Origin: a virus
Taxonomy: Duplodnaviria > Caudoviricetes
IMG/VR virus record: IMGVR_UViG_3300005301_000012
Coordinates: 1 to 51,419 of that record
Reading direction: 5' to 3' (one strand)
DNA length: 51,419 nt
Within the stretch, counting starts at the first letter, position 1, and every line of letters begins with the position of its first letter. Shown here one piece after another: positions 24,757 through 35,284 of the stretch. Under the pieces are notes generated by a model that saw only the letters and a list, made by a program, of their open reading frames with translations, was not told the origin of the DNA and made no database searches. The position numbers were made by a program, and so were the translations under genes.

Positions 24757-26842
24757 GAACGCTTACGCCGATGCGTACCAGATCGCGCGCGAGGCGCTAG
24801 CGGCATTCATACCGCCGAAGCGCGAGACTGTTGCGCAGTACGCCGCGATGAATCGCCGGTTGTCGAATCAGGGCGGCGGCTTCGTCGGGCGCTGGCACCA
24901 CGAGAAAGCACCGTACCTCGTCGCACCGATGGAGACGCTCACGCGCCTCGACTACCTGACGACGGTGGTGGTTGGACCTGGCCAGTCGGGCAAAACGGAG
25001 ATCGCGCAGAACTGGTTGCTCAAGTCTGTCGCTAATGACCCGGGCGACATGCTCTGGTACATGCAGACGGATCCGGGCCTCGAAGCGTTCGTCAAGAGCC
25101 GGATCAACACGCAGATCAGAAGCCACGCCGAGATGGCGATGAAGCTTGGATCGAAGCCGGTGGACGATTCGCTTCACTTCAAGATGTTCGATGCGATGCG
25201 CGTCGAATTTCTCTCGGCGAACGACAACAACCTGATCAACAAGTCGGCGCCGCGGATCGTCGCCGACGAGGTCGACGCGTATCCGGTGTCGCTCGGTGAT
25301 ATCAAGGCGGTGCTCGATGTGCGCCGGCAGACGTTCGGCCGTCAGTCGATGCTCTTGGCGATGAGCCACCCCGACCGTGCGCGCGGGATGGTGCCGGAGC
25401 GCGACTGGACCGCCGGCATCATGGCGCTGTACGGCGATAGCGATCGACGTGTCTGGTATTGGCCATGCCCGCACTGCGGCGCATGGTCGAGCCCAGTGCC
25501 GATCGCCGCGCGCTTCATGCCTTTGCACTACCAGGATGACTGGAGCCTCGACGAGATCCAGGAGAAGGCACGACTCATCTGCCCCGTGAACGGCTGTCTG
25601 ATTGAAGACCGCGATCGCCGCGCCATGAATCTCGCTGCTTACCGATCTCCGTTCGGCGGCTGGGTCGGCGAAGGCCAGGAGATTTCACAGGAAGGCGTCG
25701 TGATCGGCGAGTTGGCCGCGCGCGACAGTGCCGGCTTCTGGATCGTCGGCGCTATGTCGCCATTCATCCTCGGCGGTATTGGTGGTCTCGCCCGTGCAAA
25801 AGCGAAAGCGGAGCGCGAGTACGAGGTCGATGGTGATGACAAGACGCTTCGTCAGGTCGTCGCCAAACAGTGGGGCTTTCTGTATTCGCCCAAGCGCGGC
25901 ACAGGTTCAATCGACGCGAATGTACTTGCGGAGCGTGCTGAGGCAGCGTTCAAGCTGGCAGAAGTTCCCGAGGGCGTCCGCTTCCTGACGGCCGGCGTCG
26001 ACGCGAACGGCGGACGGTTCGAGTGGCTGGTTCGCGGCTGGGGCGTGAACGGCGAGAGCTGGGTAATAGAGAAAGGGCGCCTTCTCGGCGATCCCGCGAC
26101 GAATGCAGATGATTGGGATCAACTGCTCGAGATCATCGCACGGACTTATCCGCTTTCGGACGGCAGCCGGCGGCGAATGCCGATCCGCGCGTTCGGATTC
26201 GACAGCGGTGGCGAAGCGGGTGTGACGCAGCAAGCGTATTCCGCATGGCACCGCTGGCGGAAATTGAAGGGCGTCGTGCGTCTGATCGGCAAGATCGCCG
26301 GCCGTGATGCATGGACCGTGATACCCACCAAGGGCGCTAGTGCGCTGGGCGCTCAGCGGCTCGTGGTGACGTACCCGGACACGGGGCGTAAATCGAACCG
26401 TGCGGCCGCGGGCGGCACCGTCCCCGTTGCGCAGTTCAACCCGAACAATTTCAAGGACGATCTCTCCGGCCAGCTGCAGAAAGCGGACGTCGGCGAGTGG
26501 TATGTGCACTTCCCGTATGCGTTGCGGTCTCCCGAAGAACCTCACCTCTGGTTCGAGCAACTGACCGCTGAGACGCGCATGAAGAACGGGCGGTGGGAAA
26601 AGTCCATCAAGAGCCGCCGCAACGAGGCGCTTGACCTGATGGTGCTCACGCACGTGATGGCGCACCTACACGGCCTCGCGCGGATTGATTGGGCAAAGCC
26701 CCCATCGTGGGCGGCCCCGTGGGACACAAATTCATCACTGATCGCAGGGTCAGCCATACCGGCTTCGAGCGCAACCCAGTCTACGGCTGGTTCTGGCGAT
26801 GCTCAACAGAAGTCGAAATCCGCAGTTCACCGTTTCCGCTAA
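24749..26842 (+). CDS. terL: Terminase large subunit (lambda gpA family)
   Basis: Walker A GQSGKTE, Walker B IVADEVD, CPHCG, LTAGVD, FDSGG, RRNEALD. Confidence 0.96.
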   Translation: MLENAYADAYQIAREALAAFIPPKRETVAQYAAMNRRLSNQGGGFVGRWHHEKAPYLVAPMETLTRLDYLTTVVVGPGQSGKTEIAQNWLLKSVANDPGDMLWYMQTDPGLEAFVKSRINTQIRSHAEMAMKLGSKPVDDSLHFKMFDAMRVEFLSANDNNLINKSAPRIVADEVDAYPVSLGDIKAVLDVRRQTFGRQSMLLAMSHPDRARGMVPERDWTAGIMALYGDSDRRVWYWPCPHCGAWSSPVPIAARFMPLHYQDDWSLDEIQEKARLICPVNGCLIEDRDRRAMNLAAYRSPFGGWVGEGQEISQEGVVIGELAARDSAGFWIVGAMSPFILGGIGGLARAKAKAEREYEVDGDDKTLRQVVAKQWGFLYSPKRGTGSIDANVLAERAEAAFKLAEVPEGVRFLTAGVDANGGRFEWLVRGWGVNGESWVIEKGRLLGDPATNADDWDQLLEIIARTYPLSDGSRRRMPIRAFGFDSGGEAGVTQQAYSAWHRWRKLKGVVRLIGKIAGRDAWTVIPTKGASALGAQRLVVTYPDTGRKSNRAAAGGTVPVAQFNPNNFKDDLSGQLQKADVGEWYVHFPYALRSPEEPHLWFEQLTAETRMKNGRWEKSIKSRRNEALDLMVLTHVMAHLHGLARIDWAKPPSWAAPWDTNSSLIAGSAIPASSATQSTAGSGDAQQKSKSAVHRFR

Positions 26843-26847
26843 ATCCT

Positions 26848-27117
26848 ATGGCCACTACCGATCTGAGCTCGCCGTATTACGGCATGAGCGACGCGCAGCT
26901 GCAGGCCGCGCTCGTCTCGGCGCAGCAGGCCTTGATCGATCTGCGAACGGGTAAGAAGCTGGTCACTGTTTCATATGCGCAAGGTGGCGGCGCGCGAAGC
27001 GCGACGTTCCAGCAGACCGACATGGCGAACCTGCGCATGCTGATTGCCGAGCTGCAGCAGGCACTCAACCCGGGTGTGCGCATCAACCGCCGCCGCTACA
27101 TCACGCCGGTGTTCTGA
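26848..27117 (+). CDS. Head-tail joining protein gpW-like
   Basis: AQQALIDLRTGKKLVTVSY...LRMLIAELQQAL between terminase and portal. Confidence 0.85.
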   Translation: MATTDLSSPYYGMSDAQLQAALVSAQQALIDLRTGKKLVTVSYAQGGGARSATFQQTDMANLRMLIAELQQALNPGVRINRRRYITPVF

Positions 27118-28769
27118 TGAGCAAAGAGATCACGCTCGTCGACGCCGGCGGAAATCCGCTCAGGCGGGCGCGTGCCGACTATCCGAACGGCATGCCATTG
27201 CGCAGTCAGGTCGGTGCATCGTTTTTCCCGTATCAGGCCGCCGAGTGGCAGACGCAGGAGATGGGTGCGTGGCTGCCGTGGATCCGATCGCCCGATGCCG
27301 AGATCACGCAGTTCCGCGACCGGATGGTTGCGCGATCGCGCGATCAGGTTCGCAACGACGGCCGCTCGAGCGGCGGCATTACCCGGATTCTCGACAGCGC
27401 AATCGGTGCGTCGCTGCGCCTGTCCGCAGCACCTGACTATCGCGCGTTGCGCCTCATCAGCGGGGCAAAGTTCGATATCCAGTGGGCGAAGGAATTCGCG
27501 AGCGCAGCCGAGGCGCGCTGGCGCATGTTCTCGAACGATCTGAACCGTTACAACGACGTGTCGAGGCAGCTCACGGTGTCGCAGCAGCTGCGTCTCGCAC
27601 TGCGTCACAAGTTGATCGACGGTGAGAACCTGGTCGTCAATTACTGGAAGCCGGAGCGCGTCGGCCGCGGCGCCGCGCAATATGCGACCTGCTTTCTGGT
27701 CGTGGATCCGGACCGTCTGTCGAATCCCATGCAGATGCTCGACACGAAGCACCTCCGTGGTGGGGTGGAGGTCGATGACGACGGCGTGCCGCTCGCGTAT
27801 CACATTCGCAAGGCGCACCAGAACGACTGGTACAACGCCGTCGAGAGCATGGAGTGGGAGCGCGTCGAGCGGGAAGACGACGACGGCTGGCGGCGCGTAA
27901 TTCATGACTATGACCGCGATCGCGCCGGCCAGAACCGCGGAATTGGCGTGTTCATTCCTGTGCTGGCGCACGCGAAGATGCTCGCGCGCTATTACGGCAT
28001 CGAGCTGCAGGCCGCTGCCCTTGCAGCGACGATCGGCACGTATGTCACGAGCCCGTACGATCCCTCTGAAGTGCAGGACGCGATCGGCAGCGACCAGGAA
28101 CTCAAGTTTTACCAGAGCCTGAGAAAGGACTGGAACGACGAGCGGCCGGCGATGTTCAACGGCGTGCGCGTGCCGGCGCTGGCGCCTGGCGAAGAAATCA
28201 AGTCTGTAGCGTCAGATCATCCCCATAACGGCTTTACCGAGTTCGTGCACGAGATGCAGGGTTGTGTCGCGTCGGCGCTCGGCGTCCCGATTGAACAGGT
28301 AACGCAGGACTGGTCGAGGAGCAACTATTCGAACATGCGCGGCTCGATGCTCGAGGGATGGAAGACATTGATCCGCCGGCGCCTGGATTTTTCTGCCGGC
28401 ACGGCGACACCGATGTACGCGGTGTGGCTTCGCGAGTCGATGGAGAACGACGAACTTCCGTTGCCGAAGGGCGCGCCAGACTTCCTGGAAGCAGCCACGG
28501 CCTACGCGGCCTGTTCGTGGCTCGGGCCCGCACGCGGCTGGGTCGACCCGGTAAAGGAACCGCAAGGCTCCATTCTCAAGATGGACGCAGCGCTCACGAC
28601 GCTCAAGCAGGAAGCCGCCGAGCAAGGCCTGGACTGGGAAGAAGTTATCGACCAGCGCCAGATCGAGATCGAGGCTTTCAGGAAACGCGGCATGCCTCTG
28701 CCCGAGTGGGGCGGGGGCGAACTTGCTTCGCGCACCGATGAACCTCCCGAAGAGCCGAAGGCGGCATGA
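27117..28769 (+). CDS. Portal protein, lambda family
   Basis: ARSRDQVRND, GQNRGI, DWSRSNYS..R, GWVDPVKE motifs. Confidence 0.95.
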   Translation: MSKEITLVDAGGNPLRRARADYPNGMPLRSQVGASFFPYQAAEWQTQEMGAWLPWIRSPDAEITQFRDRMVARSRDQVRNDGRSSGGITRILDSAIGASLRLSAAPDYRALRLISGAKFDIQWAKEFASAAEARWRMFSNDLNRYNDVSRQLTVSQQLRLALRHKLIDGENLVVNYWKPERVGRGAAQYATCFLVVDPDRLSNPMQMLDTKHLRGGVEVDDDGVPLAYHIRKAHQNDWYNAVESMEWERVEREDDDGWRRVIHDYDRDRAGQNRGIGVFIPVLAHAKMLARYYGIELQAAALAATIGTYVTSPYDPSEVQDAIGSDQELKFYQSLRKDWNDERPAMFNGVRVPALAPGEEIKSVASDHPHNGFTEFVHEMQGCVASALGVPIEQVTQDWSRSNYSNMRGSMLEGWKTLIRRRLDFSAGTATPMYAVWLRESMENDELPLPKGAPDFLEAATAYAACSWLGPARGWVDPVKEPQGSILKMDAALTTLKQEAAEQGLDWEEVIDQRQIEIEAFRKRGMPLPEWGGGELASRTDEPPEEPKAA

Positions 28770-29650
28770 TCAACTATCCCCACCTGGCCACGCGGCTTTT
28801 CAATGTGCCGATCGCGATCCTGCCGCATAAGGCTGAAGTCGTGATGGCAGCACTCGCCGACCGCTTCGGCATATCGCATCTCTTTCGCGGTGACGGCTCT
28901 TCACTCGATCTGTCGAACGGCGGCGCGCGCGCGTTTCTCGATGCCGAGGACGACAGCGAGGAAGCGCAATACAAACCTTATGACGTGGCACAGGGCGTCG
29001 CGCGCATTCCGATCGAAGGCACGCTCGTCCACAAGCTGGGGACGCTCGAGCCGTATTCCGGCATGACCGGATACGACGGGATCCGCGCGCTGCTGAGCAT
29101 GGCGCTCGGCGATCCGGACGTACGGGCAATCATGCTCGATATCGACTCCCCGGGCGGCGAAGTGGCGGGTTGCTTCGATCTGGTCGATGCGATCTACGAT
29201 GCACGCGGCCGCAAACCGATCTGGGCGGTCCTGACCGAGAGCGCTTATTCAGCTGCGTACGCGATCGCGAGCGCTGCCGATCGGATTATCGTGCCGCGCA
29301 CCGGCGGGACGGGCAGCGTCGGCGTGATCTGCATGCATGTCGACATGTCCCAGGCTCTTTCGAAGGCGGGCATCGGCGTCACGCTCATTCATTACGGCGC
29401 GAAGAAGGCGGACGGCAACGAATTCAATCCGCTGTCGAAAGACGCGCTCGCCCGCTTCCAGTCCGACGTCGACAAGATGGGCGAGATCTTCGTCAAGACC
29501 GTCGCCCGCAATCGGGATCTCAAAACGGCCATCGTGCGTGACACCGAGGCTGGCACTTTTCTCGGCGCCGCCGGCGTCGATATCGGCTTCGCCGATGCCG
29601 TTATGGCACCGGATGAAGCATTCGCGTCCCTGCTCGACGAGCTGGGCTGA
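28766..29650 (+). CDS. Head maturation protease, S49 family
   Basis: LDIDSPGGEVAG, AYSAAYAIASAAD, TGSVGV. Confidence 0.93.
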   Translation: MINYPHLATRLFNVPIAILPHKAEVVMAALADRFGISHLFRGDGSSLDLSNGGARAFLDAEDDSEEAQYKPYDVAQGVARIPIEGTLVHKLGTLEPYSGMTGYDGIRALLSMALGDPDVRAIMLDIDSPGGEVAGCFDLVDAIYDARGRKPIWAVLTESAYSAAYAIASAADRIIVPRTGGTGSVGVICMHVDMSQALSKAGIGVTLIHYGAKKADGNEFNPLSKDALARFQSDVDKMGEIFVKTVARNRDLKTAIVRDTEAGTFLGAAGVDIGFADAVMAPDEAFASLLDELG

Positions 29651-29676
29651 TTCATCCCACCATCAGGGTAAATCCA

Positions 29677-30354
29677 ATGAGCAATACGTTACGCAACCTC
29701 ATGTCACGAGGTGGGTTGAGCTTCGCCCATCTCGGCCGTGGTTCCCGGGCTTCCGACGACCGTCGGGACGATGACGACGACGGCGGCAAGGGCAAGAAGG
29801 GCAAGAGTGCGTCCGACGACGATCAGGAGCAGGATCGCGAAAACGGTGACAGCAAGAGCGGGCAGCGCGCCGCTGGCGGTGATCCGGACGACGACGATGA
29901 TGACGACGACGGCAAGGGCAAACGCAGTAAGCGCGCGTCCGACGACAACGACGATGACGACGACAGTGGCAAGGGCAAGAAGGGCAAACGTGCCGCTGAC
30001 GACGATGACGACGAGCGCGCTGACGAAGATGACGACGACGAAGAGGAGATGCGCGGCAAAAGCGCGTCTGCTCGCGCACGTCGTCGCGAACGAGCGCGTT
30101 GCGCGGCGATCTTCGCTTGCAAGGGTGCCGGCCGCAATCCGGTTCTCGCCTGCAAGTTGGCATTCACGACGTCCATGACGCGTAGCGAAGCGATCGAGGT
30201 TCTCGACGGCGCGCCGGCGCCGGAAGGCAGTCGCGGACGTCGTCAGAACCCGAACCTAGGCATCGACGGCGATCGCAGCGTGAGCAGCGAGCAGTCGATC
30301 GCAGCCAGCTGGGACGTGGCGTTCCAGAAGGCCGGTGCGAAGCGGCGTCGCTAA
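29677..30354 (+). CDS. Putative scaffolding protein with acidic/basic repeats
   Basis: Position after the protease; RERARCAAIF..LAFTTSMT..EAI motif resembles Nu3-type scaffolds. Confidence 0.7.
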   Translation: MSNTLRNLMSRGGLSFAHLGRGSRASDDRRDDDDDGGKGKKGKSASDDDQEQDRENGDSKSGQRAAGGDPDDDDDDDDGKGKRSKRASDDNDDDDDSGKGKKGKRAADDDDDERADEDDDDEEEMRGKSASARARRRERARCAAIFACKGAGRNPVLACKLAFTTSMTRSEAIEVLDGAPAPEGSRGRRQNPNLGIDGDRSVSSEQSIAASWDVAFQKAGAKRRR

Positions 30355-30395
30355 GCATCGCCGCGCATTCCTCTCCCTAACTCTGGAATCCGATC

Positions 30396-31052
30396 ATGGC
30401 TCAGACCCCTCTCATTGAAAACCGGCACGACGGTGGCTTTCTCGTGTCGGAGGCGCGCGGGCACCGCTCGCGCGATGTAGTCACGTTCAGCGGTGCCGTC
30501 AGGCATCTCCCCGGCGAGGTGATCGCCAAGAAGGCCGGTGGTACGGCAGCGGCCGCGGCCAAGGCTGGCAATACGGGCAATGGCGTTTTCACGCTCGACG
30601 CCACGACGCCCGTTCTGCCGAATGCAAAAGCAGGTATCTACGTCGTGCGCTGCACGATCGCAGCGACGAACAGCGGCACGTTTCGGGTGTTCGACCCTGC
30701 CGGGGACGTCATCGGCGACATCGTTGTCGGTCAGACGTTCGCCGACCAGATCAAGTTTGCGATCGCGGATGGTGCGACGGACTTCGTCGTTGGCGACGAG
30801 TTCGACGTGGACGTGTCGGTTACCTCCACGACGTTCGTTCCGCTGAATCCGACGGCGACCGACGGCACACAGATCGCGGCCGGCATTGGCTTCGGCACCT
30901 ATGACGCGACAGCGGCCGACGTGCCGGGCACTGCTGTGATGCGCGATGCTGAAGTGAACGGCGGCGAACTGATCTGGCCGGCGGGGATCACCAACGCGCA
31001 GATCGCGACGGCACAAGGGCAGCTCGCCACGCGGGGCATCATCACCCGCTAA
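30396..31052 (+). CDS. Head decoration protein
   Basis: FLVSEARGHRSRD, PTATDGTQIAAGI, RDAEVN..L.WP; precedes the capsid gene. Confidence 0.85.
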   Translation: MAQTPLIENRHDGGFLVSEARGHRSRDVVTFSGAVRHLPGEVIAKKAGGTAAAAAKAGNTGNGVFTLDATTPVLPNAKAGIYVVRCTIAATNSGTFRVFDPAGDVIGDIVVGQTFADQIKFAIADGATDFVVGDEFDVDVSVTSTTFVPLNPTATDGTQIAAGIGFGTYDATAADVPGTAVMRDAEVNGGELIWPAGITNAQIATAQGQLATRGIITR

Positions 31053-31128
31053 GCCTTACTCACCGGGGTTTTACTTTCCTTTTGTCCTGTGGCCGCGTTC
31101 GCGGCCATTATTATTTCTGGAGCCGATA

Positions 31129-32166
31129 ATGGCCAGTTTGGACGTATTCCATCAGGATGCTTTCTCGACCATCCAGCTCACCGCGGCGGTCGACAAATAT
31201 CCGTATCAGCCGGTGGGTCTCGGCGACCTCGATATCTTCGAGGATGAGCCGATTCGCAATACCGTACTCGCCGTCGAGCAGCGTCAGGGTCAACTGATCC
31301 TGATTCCGACGACACCGCGCGGCGCGGAAGGCACGCAGCGTATCACTGAGCAGCGTAATGCCCGCTACTTCAAAGTGCCGCGGCTGATGCACGCCGACAC
31401 GATCTACGCGAACGAGATTCAGGATATCCGCGCATTCGGTACGGAATCCGAGCTCATGCAGCTCCAGGCGGAATTGGCCCGCCGGGTCAGCGGCCCGACA
31501 GGCATTCTGCGCAACATCGAGTACACGTGGGAGTTCCATCGCGTCGGCGCCGTGCAAGGCCTGTTGCTCGACGCAAGCGGCTCGGTGATTTACAACTTCT
31601 TCGACGAGTTCGGCATCACGCCGGCAACGGAGGTCCCCTTCGACCTCCCAGCAGGCACCCCCAACAGCATCCGGCCAATCTGCAACGGTATCCGGCGCGC
31701 GATGATGCGCAAGGCTCAGGGCGCGTGGTTGCCGACGACGAAGATTTACGCAATGTGCGGCGATCAGTTCTACGACGATTTTGTGAATCACCCGGACGTG
31801 ATCCGCACGTTCCTGAACTGGTCGGCCGCGGCAGATCTGCGCGACGACGCGCAGGGCGCAGCGTTCGACACCTTCAAGTTCGCCGGCATCTACTGGATGA
31901 ACTACCGCGGTTCGGACGACAACACGACCATCAAGATCGCGGACGACAAGGTGAAGTTCTTCCCGGTCGGTGCGCCGGGTGTCTTCCGTCGTGCGCTAGC
32001 GCCCGGTGAGTCGTTCGAATGGGTCAATACCCCCGGCAAGCCGATGTACATGATTCCGATCATGGATCGCGACCGCAATGCATGGTGGAAGGTCGAGGGC
32101 TACTCATACCCGCTTCATATCTGCACGCGGCCGGAAATGCTGCAGAGCGGTCGCCTCGAAACCTGA
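31129..32166 (+). CDS. Major capsid protein (gpE-type)
   Basis: 345 aa; DAFS..LTAAV, TWEFHRVGAVQG, SYPLHICTRPE. Confidence 0.92.
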   Translation: MASLDVFHQDAFSTIQLTAAVDKYPYQPVGLGDLDIFEDEPIRNTVLAVEQRQGQLILIPTTPRGAEGTQRITEQRNARYFKVPRLMHADTIYANEIQDIRAFGTESELMQLQAELARRVSGPTGILRNIEYTWEFHRVGAVQGLLLDASGSVIYNFFDEFGITPATEVPFDLPAGTPNSIRPICNGIRRAMMRKAQGAWLPTTKIYAMCGDQFYDDFVNHPDVIRTFLNWSAAADLRDDAQGAAFDTFKFAGIYWMNYRGSDDNTTIKIADDKVKFFPVGAPGVFRRALAPGESFEWVNTPGKPMYMIPIMDRDRNAWWKVEGYSYPLHICTRPEMLQSGRLET

Positions 32167-32168
32167 GC

Positions 32169-32477
32169 GTGATCGACTTTGACGGGACGTTGAACGCCGC
32201 GATCGGCAAGGCGCTTGGTGACGAAGTGCCGATCGCGTTTCCGGGCGTCAGCACGCCCGTGCTCGGCATCTTCACTCAGATCACGGATCACATCTTCAGC
32301 GAGGAAGGCGGTGCGCCCGCGAATATTACGGTCGCTACCCTAGGCCTGCAGGTCTCCCAACTGCCGGCGCCCCCCCAGCAAGGCATCGTCGTTCAAATCA
32401 ACGGCGCCAACTACGTCGTGAAAGACGTCTCGGTCGACGGCCTCGGCTGGGCCTATCTCGATCTGGGTGCGCAATGA
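32169..32477 (+). CDS. Head-tail joining protein (FII-like)
   Basis: PPQQG..V.ING..YVV..V..DGLGW..L.L pattern and position. Confidence 0.7.
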   Translation: MIDFDGTLNAAIGKALGDEVPIAFPGVSTPVLGIFTQITDHIFSEEGGAPANITVATLGLQVSQLPAPPQQGIVVQINGANYVVKDVSVDGLGWAYLDLGAQ

Positions 32478-33028
32478 CGACATCACGTGATCTGCGCGAG
32501 ATCGCCGTGCAGGGTCTTGTCGTGTCTGGTGCGACAGCGGCCGGCACGAATGTCTTTTCGCCGCGGACGTGGGCGACGTGGGACGGGACCTACCCGATGT
32601 TGCTCGTTCAGACGCCAGACGAGGACGGCCAGTCGTGGGGGCCGCACGGTCCGCCGGCGTTCACCGTAACGACGACCCTACGCGTCACGGCGCGTGCACA
32701 GGCCACGGCGTTATCAGGTGACGCGGCCGCGGTGATAGTTGAAGAGCAGCTCGAGACGCTAAGAGAACAGATCAAGGCTGCACTCATCAACTATCCGCCG
32801 TTGATGTCATTGCTTCAGCAGTACCCCTTTTTCAGATCGACGATGCAGCCATCGGGCGAAGGTCAGTCGCCGATCGGCCAGTTAGTGCTCGACATCGGTC
32901 TCGAGTTCGTTCAGGGACCGCACGACTTCTATCAACCCGCCGCAGTGCCGCTCACCGGCATCGATCTGACGGTCGAGATGCCCGATGGCACGACCGAGCC
33001 GGGTCTGACGATCAACCTTCCCCAGTAG
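32474..33028 (+). CDS. Putative tail terminator protein
   Basis: Position before the sheath; T.AG.NVFSPR.W..YP.LLVQTPDE. Confidence 0.65.
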   Translation: MTTSRDLREIAVQGLVVSGATAAGTNVFSPRTWATWDGTYPMLLVQTPDEDGQSWGPHGPPAFTVTTTLRVTARAQATALSGDAAAVIVEEQLETLREQIKAALINYPPLMSLLQQYPFFRSTMQPSGEGQSPIGQLVLDIGLEFVQGPHDFYQPAAVPLTGIDLTVEMPDGTTEPGLTINLPQ

Positions 33029-33037
33029 AGGATCCCC

Positions 33038-33310
33038 ATGTTTGTAAAACCTGCTCCGGGCGTGCTCCTGCGCGACCCGGTTACGAAGCGGTTGCTGTCG
33101 GATGCACCGGTTGAGGGGCTGACGACAACTGTGGTGCCCGCCGAGGGCATGAAGGTCAGCGACTTCGATAAGTACTGGCTGCGCCGGATCCAGGATCGCG
33201 ATGCCGTGAGGGTATCGGATGCGCCCGTCGCGCCAGCGACTTCCATTACCAGCAACGCTGAAACCGTACAGAAAGTTTCGGACGGTGAAGCGGAAACCGG
33301 AGCAAATTAA
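33038..33310 (+). CDS. DUF2635-like (Mu gp38-like) protein
   Basis: MFVKPAPG..LRDP..P.EG..V...YWLRRI.D.D. Confidence 0.85.
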   Translation: MFVKPAPGVLLRDPVTKRLLSDAPVEGLTTTVVPAEGMKVSDFDKYWLRRIQDRDAVRVSDAPVAPATSITSNAETVQKVSDGEAETGAN

Positions 33311-34825
33311 ATGGGCGACATCTCGTTTCCGAATATTCCGCAGAACATTCGTGTACCGCTGTTCTACGCGGACATCGACCCGTCGAATGCGAACACCGGA
33401 CAACAGTCGCTACGCGCGCTGATCGTCGGCCAGATGCTCACTGGCAGTCCGGGTGTGCCGAGCCAGGCGGTGATCTGCCAGGGTGTTGATGCGACCAAAG
33501 CGCTTGCTGGCCAAGGTTCGATGCTCGCACTGATGACGGCCGCATATCGCAAGCGCGACTCGTTCGGTGAGGTATGGCTGCTTCCGTTGCTGGACGATGC
33601 CTCCTCGACCGCAGCTGCCGGCAGTCTCAATTTCACCAGCGTGCCGACGGCGACGGGCGTCCTGTCGCTATACATCGGCGGCCAGATTGTCTCCCTGGTT
33701 GTAACGCCGACCATGACGCTCCCGCAGCTCGCGACCGCGCTAGTCGCGCAGATTGGCACGCTGCCAGATCTGCCGGTGACGGCGGCCGTCGACGTCACGA
33801 CCACGAGCAAGGTTGATTTCACAGCGAAGAACAAGGGGCTCGCTGGCAACGATATCGACCTGCAACTGAACTACGGCGGCACACTCGCCGGCGAAGCAAC
33901 GCCCGCGGGACTGGCAGTAACGATTGTGGCGATGGCCGGCGGTGCGACGAATCCTTCGCAACTGCCGACGGCGCTTGCCAATCTGGGCGATCAGCAGTTC
34001 GACTTCATCGCGTTTCCGTACACGGATAGCACGTCGCTTGGTGCGATCCAGTCGTTCCTGAGCACGCAGACGGGCCGCTGGAGCTGGAGCGAGCAGCTTT
34101 ATGGCGGCATGTACGCGGCGTATCGTGGGACGATCGGTACGCTCACCACGTTCGGTGTCACGCGTAACGATGAGCACGCGTCGATCATGGGTTTCAATGG
34201 ATCGCCGACGCCGGCATGGGTCATCGCAGCCGATATCGCGGCCGCCGTCGCTGTTTCAGCGCGCGCCGATCCGGCGCAACCGCTGCAGACCGTTACGCTC
34301 GCGACGATGCAGCCGCCGCCGCGCCAGATGCGCTTTGCGCTGACCGACCGCAATACGCTGCTATACGACGGGATCTCGACATTCGATGTGGCCGACGACG
34401 GTACCGTGTCGATCGAAAACCTGATCACGACGTATCAGAAGAACAGTTTCGGCAACCCGGACAACAGCTACCTCGAAGTCGAGACGATGAACACGCTGGC
34501 CTTCGTGCTGCGCGATCTCAAGTCACTCGTCACGACCAAGTACGCGCGCAAGAAGCTGGCGGCCGACGGTACCCGGGTTGTGCCCGGAACCAATGTGGTC
34601 ACGCCCAGCACGATCAAGGCGGATCTGATCGCGCGGTACGGCACGCTCGAGCAAAACGGCTACGTGCAGGGCAGCGCGGTCTTCGCACAGGGCCTCATCG
34701 TGCAGCAGAACTCGCAGAACCCGAACCGCGTCGACGTACTGTATCCGGCCATCCTTATCGACCAGTTGCGGATCTTCGCGCTGCTGATGCAGTTCTCCAA
34801 CATCGTCCCGGCGTCGACGACCTGA
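33311..34825 (+). CDS. Tail sheath protein (Mu gpL-like)
   Basis: ISFPNIPQNIRVPLFY, DPAQPLQT, RNTLLYDGIST, NPNRVDVLYP. Confidence 0.95.
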   Translation: MGDISFPNIPQNIRVPLFYADIDPSNANTGQQSLRALIVGQMLTGSPGVPSQAVICQGVDATKALAGQGSMLALMTAAYRKRDSFGEVWLLPLLDDASSTAAAGSLNFTSVPTATGVLSLYIGGQIVSLVVTPTMTLPQLATALVAQIGTLPDLPVTAAVDVTTTSKVDFTAKNKGLAGNDIDLQLNYGGTLAGEATPAGLAVTIVAMAGGATNPSQLPTALANLGDQQFDFIAFPYTDSTSLGAIQSFLSTQTGRWSWSEQLYGGMYAAYRGTIGTLTTFGVTRNDEHASIMGFNGSPTPAWVIAADIAAAVAVSARADPAQPLQTVTLATMQPPPRQMRFALTDRNTLLYDGISTFDVADDGTVSIENLITTYQKNSFGNPDNSYLEVETMNTLAFVLRDLKSLVTTKYARKKLAADGTRVVPGTNVVTPSTIKADLIARYGTLEQNGYVQGSAVFAQGLIVQQNSQNPNRVDVLYPAILIDQLRIFALLMQFSNIVPASTT

Positions 34826-34850
34826 CGGTCACTGCGCTACTTCGTAGTGG

Positions 34851-34870
34851 GCCGCTGTAAGGCGGCTTTT
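34851..34870 (+). terminator. Possible weak terminator between sheath and tube
   Basis: GCCGC-6 nt-GCGGC-TTTT. Confidence 0.45.
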
Positions 34871-34895
34871 CTAATTTCCGCGTGGAGCATCCCAA

Positions 34896-35282
34896 ATGCC
34901 ATCTCAGACTGGTGGACTTCTCGCCGGCACCGCTGAAGTGTCGGTCGACGGCACGACATATATGGTGACCGGCGACTTCAAGTACAAATCCGGCAACAAG
35001 AAGCGCGAGACGCTGGGGGGTATGGATCGGATCCATGGCTACAAGGAGACGCCCTCGGCCCCGTTTATCGCGTTCAACCTGCGTGACTGGGGCGGCCTGG
35101 TTGTGGGCGACATCAACAACTGGACCGACGTGACGTGCGTGGCCAAGCTCGCGAACGGCAAGACGGTGATAGGGAGTGCCATGTGGACCGTCGAGGAGCA
35201 GGAAGTCGACTCGACCGAAGCGAAATTCGATGTCCGTCTCGAAGGGACGGACGACTCTGTTACTGAAGTTCCGACGAGCTGA
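34896..35282 (+). CDS. Tail tube protein (Mu-like)
   Basis: LAGTA.VSVDG, RETL.GMD.IHGYKE.P.APFI, LANGK. Confidence 0.9.
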   Translation: MPSQTGGLLAGTAEVSVDGTTYMVTGDFKYKSGNKKRETLGGMDRIHGYKETPSAPFIAFNLRDWGGLVVGDINNWTDVTCVAKLANGKTVIGSAMWTVEEQEVDSTEAKFDVRLEGTDDSVTEVPTS

Positions 35283-35284
35283 AA

